Below, one piece after another: positions 1-10,700 of a stretch of 64,000 nucleotides of DNA. The DNA lies in NCBI GenBank assembly GCA_000708835.1, contig DF237022.1:124001-188000 (forward strand). The letters are read 5' to 3'. The notes under the pieces are model-generated. The model had not been told where the DNA came from. It made no database searches and saw only the letters and a list, made by a program, of their open reading frames with translations. Source of the DNA: Klebsormidium nitens. Taxonomy: Eukaryota > Plantae > Klebsormidiophyceae. How positions within the stretch are numbered: the stretch's first letter is position 1; each line of letters starts with the position of its first letter. Position numbers and translations under genes: made by a program.

Positions 1-409
1 TCATCTGGGACCAAAGCCTAGTACAAATTAGATAAGTTCTGCCCTAGGTGCCCCACATTATGGTGTCAAAACATCCAACTATTGGCCATTGCCAATTGCA
101 GGCGAACCAACAATGCAGCACAGGACATGGTGCTAGCATTTTCAAACCATTAACAAATAGATGATCTTATCAATGTAAACACTCCAGCGACCAGGCAGTA
201 TGGTTTCAGCAGTCATCGATGCTCAAAACAAACACGCAAAACACCAGACTAACACAAGCGCCTCATGTGGATCAGACTGTCACAAGTAGGGAGAAGCACA
301 CTGTACAGGGTTCAGCGAAATGCCAAACACCCAAATGTCATGCGCAGTATAGTTGAAGAACAAGATGCAGCAAGAAACATAGTCTCGCACCCCGGATGCG
401 TCAAATTAC

Positions 410-469
410 CTTGATGGCCTCCTTCGTCGTCCCGTCAACCTTGACCTTCTTAGACTCCGGCTCAGCCAT
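410..469 (-). CDS. Probable first coding exon (MAEPESKKVKVDGTTKEAIK) of a gene continuing off the left edge; product unknown
   Basis: ACCATGG start context at 469, 20 clean codons, then an AAG|GTAATT donor at 409. Lies head-to-head with the pinin gene about 510 bp away. No downstream exon could be assigned. Confidence 0.5.
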
Positions 470-981
470 GGTGACGAGGTGGTTAACACCTTGCCTGGGA
501 AGCAAGCGCAATGCGGCAGAGGTGGTGGTCAATCCAAATGATTCTTTCACAGAAGGGACGATGGAATGCAGACGGAGTGCGAGAGACGAAGACGCTGTGG
601 AGGCTGGTGGACGCGAGCATTTTGTCTGGGTGAGCGAATTTGAAGTTCCCAAATTATCTGACTGGTCGGCATTGGAATATTGTGTTGCATGATGAATCTT
701 TGAATAAAGATACGGCGGAGCTCCTATTGCTCTGTTAAATTGTCAATTTATATCAGGGCAGAGCCAGGCCCAGAGATTGAATTTGTTTGAATGGAGAATT
801 GCAGATGATCACTTCAACACTTGGTTCGAAGCAGAGGAAAAGGAGGCGTTGGCGCAACGAGAAGCCATTAGTGGCACTGTTTGCAAAAGCTACGGTGCTC
901 TGCTGTGTGCTGTTTGATTGCCAGCCATACTGAGGAATTTTGCAGGCAGGGTTTGTTTCAAAATAATCCTTGTGAAAAGCG

Positions 982-3900
982 ATGGAGGGGGAGAAAACTG
1001 AGGAACAGCTGCGGGGCGAATTGGCGCTTTTGGAGGAGCAGCAGAGAGAGGTCAGGACCTTCTTATTTGTACCGGTCGACTCACCACCAATTGCTTCCAC
1101 TAACTAATGCGGAGGATGTGAAGAGCACAGAGCTGTTGATCTGCTTTTTAGAGCACTGCTAAATACTTCAAAGGTCGAAATCACTTCATCGTGCCGTCTG
1201 CTGAGAATAGATTTGCGAGTGTTGGTAATGGTTTCCAGTTCTTTGTTGATCAGAGCAGAACTTTTGAACCGTGACAGTGTTTGATGCTGACCTTCTTTTC
1301 GACGGCTAGCAGAGTACGCATTGCTTTGTGACCATTCCTCCACTCTTACCTTTTCTGAAATCCTAGTGGTGTATTTTGGGAAGCTTAGCAATCGCATCTT
1401 CTTTGTGGATTCTTTCCATTTTGACGCTGGCGAATTTTCGTCATATCTGAATGCAAACTTTTTTTGGTGAAAGGCATCCAAAAAGGGAATGCGATCAGCA
1501 TCACACCTTCATAATTCAGTAAACAAAACGGAAAGGTCATTCGGTGTTTCCCAAGCTCTTCTCTTGCCCCCCAGGTTGATCAACGCCTCCGAGAGCAACG
1601 GAACATTCTCAGCAGGGGGCGTGGTGCACCAGGCGGGGGACCCCCCGGGAGAGGCAGAGGATTCGGCGGAATCTATGCAAGGGGCCGGGGGGGTTTACTG
1701 CCTCCGGGGGGGATGGGCCGCCCCATGAGAGGCCCCCCCTATCAAGCGCGGCCACCTCTTAGAGAACCAGAAGATTCTCTAGCCCGAAAGCGGCTCTCGT
1801 CGGCAATTGTTATTGTTAGTCCCTCTTCGTCCTGATTTCCCTCGTTCTTTCTGCTCGTTTTGCCACACAGATGCTCTCAAACTGCTCTTCTGGTTGTTCC
1901 GCTGCTAGGCACACTGTTTGTAGGCAGTTTTGTGATCACAAGGAGGGGGGAAGTGGTTCTCCCCAATTGCATAGGTTGTACAACCAGATTGGTTGCATAC
2001 TTGCGAAGCTTTCAACAGTTGATCCCAAACATTTTCCTGAGGCATGTTGCATTGATAATGACCCGGATCTTGCCTTCTTCCTCTCACCGCGTGCCCCACG
2101 TGCTTTGAGGAGAGTGGTTGCTTTTGGTTTACCAACCCGAGATAGCAGGTGGTCAACTTCCGGTTTTCAGTCCGTCCTTGTCGATCTCGGAACCAATGTA
2201 CACAAAATTCTACTGAGATGGCTGAGAGCAACATTCATGCGAGTTCCCTTGAGTCGTTCCGCAAGTGTCATTGCAGTACTCCGCATAACGCAATCTCAGA
2301 ACGCACCCATCAGTGAACCAACAGGCACCGTCCAACAGGCATTGAGAGGTCGTTGACGCTTTCTCTCTCAAAAGAATTTGCTGATCTGACGGCAGTCATA
2401 CAAGCAGTACCACGTGCTCGCTTTCAAAGCGCGCCGCCAAAAAAAATGTTGAGTTGACAGTATAGCCGAGAAGCATCCTTCGCTGTCGGTATGTGACATC
2501 AGGCAGTACAACCCACCCTTCCTTGCTTGCGTGAAGAACGGTAGCACCAATTCCATAACAATATTCAACGGAGAGGCATGCTCCGCTGTCGCTATTAATA
2601 ACAATGGTCTTTTCAAATCATCCCAGGACGATGTTTCCGGAACGAACGCAGAGGCGGCTCCTCCGCCAAAGCGGCGCCAGCTGTCGTCAGTTGTAGCCCG
2701 CGCCGATGGAGAGGGACCCCCCCAGGTGGCGATGGATCAAGAACCGACTGCGAGGGGAGGGACGGAAGCTGGTGTGTTGGAAGAGACGAGAGGGGAGCCG
2801 CACCCGCCTCAGCAGAGAGATGGCCCCCGACGAAACTTTCTGGTGAGCTACCAGGGCTCCTGAAAAGCAAGGACCACATCTTTCAAGAAGAGTATTGAAA
2901 GCGTCCAAGAAGGGCGACGGTACAGTAGTTCGTTGAGCCCCGTAAAAACGTTCAGTTTGGCGCCGCAACATGTTGTCCCTGCATTCAACGGGCCCCAGGG
3001 CTGGTCTTTTTCCGACTCTGGCCTCGCTTCTCGGCGTTGGGGGAAGGCAGTTGTTCTCTTTGGGCGGAGCGCAGCTTCTTGGGAGCGAGCTCGCGTGTAA
3101 AGGCCACACGGCGCACTTCTGCAAGCGCAAGGCGGTTTGATTTTAACAGTCGCGACAACTTGGAAGCCGGGGCGGCGCCTTGGGGCACTCGTGGAGCTTT
3201 TCTTTTCCCTCTTCAGAGGACGCAGCAAGCGGAAAGTCCAGTGTTTGCAACATGGAATTTCTGTGCATCTGGCCTTGATTTTTCAAACTATTAGGATGTC
3301 CGGGGAAAGCTCTTTCGCAGGAAAGGAGGTTGTGTCTTTGCAGGCCGAAGCCGTTTTGACCCACTTGTTAGAAGTATTAACGCGCTGCCACTTGGGCTAC
3401 ACTGGCGCAAGTGTAGCCCGAGTGGGCTAGACTAGCGCGTTAATACTTCTAATAAAAATGCGGTGACCGGACTGGGTTCGATTCCCAACGAGAACAAGAA
3501 AGTATTGCGGCTGGCTGTGCAAGAAGGTTGATTCGCGTCTTGACCCGGTCTTGACTGCGGTCTTGACCGAGTCTTTGCAGGCCGAAGCGGCCTTTCGTGC
3601 GGTCAAGCGTCCAATCAGGACCACCTTTACACAGAGCTCTCGAATTGGAGAAAGAATACAGAGTCTTTTCTTTGCAGACGCGAGATGGTTTGGGCCCAAA
3701 TAAGTACGACCCCCCCGAGGAGGCGGCGGCGCCGCCCCGGGTGGTCCCGGAGATCAGCGCTCCCGAAGTGAAGCGGAGCCGGCGGCTGTTTGGCGCGCTG
3801 CTCGGTACGCTCGCGCAGTTCAGGAAGGAGGACGAGAAGGAGAAGAGCTCGGACGCGCACATGAAACGGCTGACGTCACAGCAGCGGGTGAGGGCAGAAG

Positions 3901-6512
3901 TGTATGCAAACTTGAGATTGTCCTGTACTTTCGCCGTCCAAGAGCTGCTTGTGGATTTTGCGAAGCTTCGGAAGGAGGACGAGAAGGAGAAGAGCTCGCA
4001 TGCGCACATGAAACGGCTGACGTCACTGCAGCGGGTGAGTGGCATCTTCCTGACGATTGTAGGAGCCCGTTCTTCTCATGGACAGGAAGTACACAACGTT
4101 TGCGGGGTTTTCCTCTTCTTCTTCTCTCATTTCTCCTTTCTTCCCGGGCTGTTGCTCGAAATGCTCGCGCAGATGACGAAAGTGGACGAGAAGAAGAGCT
4201 CGGCCGCGCAGGAGAATTGGCTGACGTCTTTGCAGCGGACTATCACAAAGCGTTTCGAGCATGATGGGGCTTGCCGCTTCCGATCTTAAAGAGGGCGTCG
4301 GGGACATGTCCCACCTTTGGCGACAGAAAGGCCCGTGCATAGCTGTTTTGGTCGCTCAATGCCCATGACAACATACTTTTGGTAGCGACACCGCAAGTAG
4401 TGCCCATGCCATGAAGTCGCCGCGCAGCCACGTGGGGTATACCTAGTCTGACGCCCTCTTTAAAGAACAAAACGATAAGCGATCTTAATCGCTAACAGCG
4501 CTTTCGAGCACATATTATCACGCTGGAACGTCCCAAGGTAGTGTAATCAGAAGGAGAGCTCTCCTAAGGTATTCACGTTGAAAAGCGGAACATTTGTTGG
4601 ATCATCACGAAATCAGAGAAGCTCACAGCAGACATAAGGGTTACGAGAACCATATTCCATCATTTTCCCTCTAAGCAGTCCACTGAGGCTTTTCGGCAAG
4701 CAGATAATATCGTCTTTCTTTTCCGGGGTGAAAGACCAGGGAGACATATTTTGTCGTGACGTTTCTTTCCCGGGCGAAAGACCGAACGCCAACTTTCTGA
4801 GTTCGCAGGACTGATCAGAAGCCTCTCGAGTCGTCCGCACTGAAAACTCGAGTCCTAGTCTTCAAAAGTGTTCATAAACCCCTTCCTTGCAGGCGGAAGA
4901 ACGAACACGGGAGTTGCAAGACAAGGCGCGGAAGCTCGAACGGGAAGCCGCTTTGGCGAAGCGAGAGAAGGACCTGGTATTGAGAAACCGGCTCGCGGCC
5001 AAGACGGACGAGAAGCAGCTGGAGATCCTGTTTCTAAAGTGGACCGCGCACGAAAAACAGCTGACTGGGTTCCTGAGGTGAGGCTTTTTTTGGTCCAGCG
5101 GGTCTGTGAAGGTTGCGATAGAGTCGTTCTGGTCCTTTTGAGCGTCTTGAGTAAGGAGGAGTTGAAGCAGTCAAAAAGCTACGACAGAAGGTTGTATACT
5201 TTGCATTGGTTGCATGAAGATCTTGAAGTAGTCACGCCTGCTTGCCGCACAATTGACATTGTAGAGGAGGGAGAACCCTTCTTTGCCGAGTGCTTCATCC
5301 TGAGTTCCGCTTGCAACGGCATTCGACCCCGTGTAAAAGCAAAATTGGATCCCTTAGGAGTGCTAGTTTTCTTTTCCTCCACTCGTAAGCGTCAGTTCCG
5401 CACCGGCGTCAGCTTTCCCTGCGCCGTAATGGGCGGTACGACTCGCTTTAAAGTGATCAATCAGCGTTTTATATGCCCTGGTTTGCCTCAGTCTCCCCTT
5501 TTGTCGCGACCTAGTTTTAAGGCGGGCTTCCGAAAACTGTTCCCCCGAGCTGCTTGTTCTCCGAAGCACGAAAGCTGACTGGTCATATTGCTAGTTTTCA
5601 AGGCTGCCAGCGTAATATAGGTTCATGCCTAAGATCGTCTTAGTTGGCTCGCTTCGTGGCAGTCAAGTACGAGTCTCGGTCACAAATGTACTTCGTTTCG
5701 TGAGCTTTGCCGCTCTAATGCCAATCACGAAACTTCCAAAGAGAATGTTTGTCCATTTCGATCGCCTGACTTCGTACCAACATCCAAGGATTGCTTGGCT
5801 TTCTGAAGCGTTCGTCCTCACCCATTGATCTCGTCGTTTCAACCCCCTGGTTACTTTCGTCTCGACCCGCGAAATAAATTCCTTCTAAGCCCTTGGTTAT
5901 ACGCGTCCTAACCCTCTGAATACATTTGCCTAAGCCTCAAGGCGCTTGTCCTAACCCCTGAACTTAACCCTGAAACCCTTTGCCTTCAGGACAAAGACTG
6001 AGCCGCACCTTTTCTACGTCCCCGCCAAGCACAACGAGGCGTCCCAAAAACTGTTCGACGTCCGGCAGCAAGAGTTTGAAGAGTGGCGCGCGTCGCGGCG
6101 GGCGGAGCTCACCCAGTACGAGCAGCAGCTGCAGGAGGAAGCTCTAAGGGTTCCCGAGTCCGGGCGGTGGGGTGCTGACGCCTCTAAAAGTGCCATGCCG
6201 GAAACTGCGCCGGGAATTGCGCCGGAGGCTGTGGCAACGGCAAGAAAGATGGATGTGGACGATGGGGGGCATGGAGACTATATGGAAATTGGCCGTGAGG
6301 AGAAGGGACACGAGGGGCCGGATAACGGGATTGCGGAGGGCGCAAATGGGAACGAGGGGGAAGGAGACGAGGCGATGAGAAAAGAGCCGAGAGTAAAGTC
6401 GAAAAGCGAGCGGTTGAGTAAAATCCACGATTCGGATGAGGAGGAGGAGGGGTATGATCCGACGGACCTGGATAAATTGCTTGTAGGTGACGAACAAGAT
6501 GACGAGCTCTAA
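982..6512 (+). CDS. PNN: Pinin/SDK/memA family splicing/EJC-associated protein, about 480 aa, 6 exons
   Basis: Exons 982-1050, 1575-1814, 2627-2842, 3678-3887, 4893-5077, 5990-6512; all GT-AG and phase-consistent (1443 nt). Motifs: N-terminal EKTEEQLRGELALLEEQQREVDQRLR, KRLSSAIV, core KRSRRLFGALLGTLAQF, coiled coil, and FLRTKTEPHLFYVPAKH. Confidence 0.9.
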
Positions 6513-7794
6513 GCATTGATCGGCATGCTCGCGGTTCCCAAGGTATCGATGAGAGCTATGGCAACACCTGCTCCTAATCATACTTGAAGCCTTCTCGCGA
6601 CCTCCGTACGAGCCAATCCGTAAATACCTCATGTTCACTCGAAGGCTCGTCAAGCAAGCAAACCTGTACCTGCATTCAGAAATTGATCTTCATTAGTACA
6701 GTTACGACGGTAGCTGCCGTACCTGTGGCCAACTCGTTGGTAAAAGGTTGTGGGGCGGCCTACGCGCAATGTGTTTTGAGTAATCATTCCTGCGGCATTG
6801 CGTTGGCGCAAGCGGGCATGGCATCTCGGTTCCTAGACTGAGTTGAGCACATGCAACGTCCGTGATCGGCCTGCCCTGTGCATGCGCCGGGCCTCAATGA
6901 ATTTGATGACATTTGATATTGCGACCACCTATAACTCGTTTACAGATTTGTAAGTACGTCGACGACGTCGGAAGTCAATTATATGACTGAGGTGGGCCTG
7001 CCAGCTGTTCTAATCCGGAGCCTTGGCCAAGCAGCTGCTGTTCATATATATCAGATTCACGTAATTGCTATCATGGATCGTTCAGGATCCTTGCATGCCC
7101 GGGTCGCCGCTCGATCAATTGCAAACATGATGCAGGGGGCCCATATATGCGCAGCGCCGCACCACGTCCATCCGATCTCCGCGTTACTCCGCATCCGATC
7201 ATCGGATGCTATCTTACTCCGTAAGACAAATGGTGGCCGGCTGCGGCAATTATTCCAGCCGCTGGCGCTGCCCGGTTCCTTCAACAGTTGGAGAATCAGC
7301 ACATTCAAAAGCAATTACATGGACGGTCTGGAGTCCCTCGTGTGGCCCTGCTAGTTACTGCACAGGAGCCTGCCCTCACGACGCTGCGCGCGCGTGTATG
7401 TCCGCCAATGATATAATGCCCTAATTCAGCCTTTCCGCAATGAGATTATACGAATCCTGGCGCGCTTGAGACATACAATTCTAATCTGCGATATTATGGT
7501 TTACCAGCTCGCGGCTAGAATCTAGCGGGCCCCGATAGATAAGCGAGTTCTGCGTTGTGGTCAGTATTGTCTCACCCGGGTCGGACAACTGTGCGGACAG
7601 TCTGTGATACGATTGGCCTACTTTCACCTCCTATGACTCTATATGCGCGTGCGTTTCGCCCCAGGCTTATTCAAGGCGCTTAGTTAGTTCATAAATAGGG
7701 CTGTGCGTGCTGACACCCCTTTGCTTTTATGGCGAGTGCGTGACTGCTTATGAGCTTCTATTCGCGTGCACTGAAAATGCAAGTCCTGCTTACG

Positions 7795-10700
7795 CTATAC
7801 TGCATCGAAATCTCCAGTCCTCGACCTACTGATACGCGTGCTGGCCTCGCGCTTGAGGCCACTCCGCTGCGTCCGGATGGGCGACTCCCGTTCCGGCCGC
7901 TCGTGGAGCGGAACCCGTTCCCCCTTGGAATCGGAGGAGCTCCGCTTATAGCCCGCGCCGGCGCCGCCCGATGGGCCTTGCGCGGCCCAACCCCTAAACC
8001 TCTTCGTCCCAAAAAATACGGAGAAGCCCACCAGAGAAACTAGAGCGAGGCCAACGGCTATGATCCAAGGGGTGACGAAGCCGCCGCCGAAGGGCTCCCA
8101 AGTCCAGAAACTAGACCAGGGAGATTGAACCGGGGACAAAATGAGGAGAACCGTTCCGTGAGGAGCGACCGGGAAAGGGCCCATGTTGGTCGCGTGAGTG
8201 CCCGGTAGATTTGCGCCCTGAAAGTGAGAAAGTGAAGTCAATCTTGTTCTTGTTTTGTGCAGATCATTTCAAAGAGGAAGACATGGCAAAGAGGAAAGAA
8301 TGAATAGATTATGTTCCTGTGTTGCGCGCATCATTTGGAAGGGAAAATACATGGCTCCCTGGCAAGAAGAAAGCAGAAGCAATCGGATTTTTCGGAATTG
8401 CACGCTTCAGTTTTTCTCTTGGGGTAAGACCCAGAGTTCTGGTAGCCTCTTTGCCCGCAGGCCATGGACGAAGAGACTTTGATACACTCCAAGATTTGAA
8501 CCCCGGCCGAACGTTTGACAGCGACCCACACGATTCGAGAAGGAGTTTGGAGGAAGACCCAATACGTATCGCTGAAACATCGCAGCTTTGCCTGCGACTA
8601 CTCGTCGATACCGAAGAAGAGAAAAGAAGCAGTCGGAAAGAGACAGCGACTCTCAGCCCGCCAAGGGATTGGACCCACCCGCCAGACGTCACGTGCCGTC
8701 ATCCTGGCGTCACTCTCCAGCCCCACGGTCCGCCAGTCGACCAGAATCTGCTGTACGGCGTCGCGGTTCCGGTTCACGAGTGCCACGACGACGCGTCCCC
8801 CGGTGAGAGGCCCCGCCCACACGTCCCAGTCGCTTGAGTTGAAGCGCTTGGTGGCTTGCTTGCCCAGAGGATCTGCTCGGGGGTTGATTGAGTAGATTAG
8901 AGAGTTTATCTTAAAGGATAATTGTGTGAGGAACTCGACGAGGACGGGTGGGCCCCGGTGGGGTTAGTTTGGGGGTTTGATTGGGGTTAGTTTGGGGGTT
9001 AGGGTGGGATGGGGTGCGGAGCATTTTAAGTTGTGTCAGGCTTTTGGTATTGATTAGCGAATCTTCAATGATTTCTAGCCCCTGATTAGCATGGAAATTT
9101 ATGGATATGACAACAGGCCGGTCAGCTTCCACGCTCGCGTTGAAGCGCTTGGTGGCCTACTTGCCGAAGGAGTCTGCCCGGGAGAAACTGACCGGTCAGC
9201 GTTTTTTAGGGTCTCAGAAAAATGCGGTTTTGACATCTAGGGATTTTGAGGATTCCGAATCAGTAATTAGGGAGTTAACACCGTACTGAACTGAAAGTAC
9301 TGGTCCCAAAATCTGGAGCCGAAGGTTTACACGAAGCTACTGGACAAGTCGCGAATCCAATAGAGTCCCAGGGTACGTTTCATTCCTAGGTTGTGGTCAA
9401 AACGCTTGGTTGCCTGCTTACCAGGGAATTTGCCCGGGGACGATTAACCAATCAGGTCTTGAATCAAGAATCCGAGAGAGGACGCGATGACGACACTGGT
9501 AATATTCGACTGTACGCTTCTGCCAGAATCATTTGCCAGCCTGCTTGCCTTTGGGGGGGTGGGGGGAGCAAAAAGTCGGGTCAGGAAACGACATTGATGA
9601 CAATCGGATTTGGCGTTGGTCGAAGATTGTTGTTGCAGCGAGTCTGAGCTTACAAGGCAGCGAATCTGTCCCCAAAAACTACTTGCTTAAGGTTGTCATT
9701 TGAAAGACGTCTTCCAAACAAGCAACTAGTTCTACTTCAGCTTCTGGCAAATCATGCCCCCACTAGACAATCTCCTCTCGCTGTCATGGGAAACCGATGC
9801 ACTGGAAGCGACTCGACTTTGGAAACGCGATGAGTGCCCATCACGATACACCTAAAATTCCAGCGAAACAGGAGGGCTTCGCTGGAAGCAGCTCGCACAA
9901 TCGCAGACCCCAAGTGCTCCCATCAACGTGCACAGTTTACGGGTAACGAGAGCGAAGCCACTTCATGAAGCGCTGCTGAGCGGAAGTCCTAGCGACCGAT
10001 CAGGAGGATAGAACTATTCGGCACATCAAACTCGCTAACGCTCGGCAAACACAAGCATACCGAATCTCGCTATCAGCACGCTGCGGTAACCCTAAGAACG
10101 GGAGAAAGAAGCGTCTCCTACCTTGGTTGATTGCGATGACTTCGCGGTTCTTGAGGATGGCCAGCCGCTTGGACCCCATTTGTGACGGGTCGTACCCAAT
10201 GATCAGCGGACTCTGCAGAGCACGAGAGCGGCTTGGTAAGGAAGGTAAAACAGAAGTTTCCCGGCAACAAATGCTTCTGTACTGTTACAGTTGACAAGCG
10301 ACAAGACCAACCATCGGCCTTAAGCTGTCGGAGTAAACGAAACTGGACGGCTCATGTCAAAAAGGACGTGTCGAACCGGAAAACGCACTTGGCTTGAACC
10401 CGGGTCACCCCCTGGCTTGTCACTGTTGTCTCGACGTTCGGTTTCCCGTCCACAAATTGAATTGCGATCCAGAATGTTCAGTGGCTTGACGCTCACCCAG
10501 TTGCAGTTTCAAGTGAGAAGATCCGGTCTTAAAGTGCACAAAAGGTCGAAGTCAAGACAAGCTCAGGGACTAATCCCCAGAGTTCGAAGGTGCTTTGCGG
10601 TCAAGGAGCCTTTTCTACTCGATGTTCATTTGACGAGAGAAGCGTGTACGTCCTGACCAGGTCCAAAACGTGCAGCTACCAGGAAGCACGTGTCAGGTTC

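Noticed and set aside
1104-1481. 125-aa antisense ORF in pinin intron 1
   Set aside because: No recognisable motif or splice support. It could be a TE remnant, but that cannot be supported by eye.
5905-5980. Telomere-like TAACCC(T) motifs
   Set aside because: Few, irregular copies just upstream of an acceptor; they fit a branch-point/pyrimidine tract.
6983-7424. Overlapping ORFs and a 9-bp hairpin (gcatccgat-c-atcggatgc, about 7190) between convergent genes
   Set aside because: No protein motif; probably 3' UTR sequence. One short palindrome is within chance.
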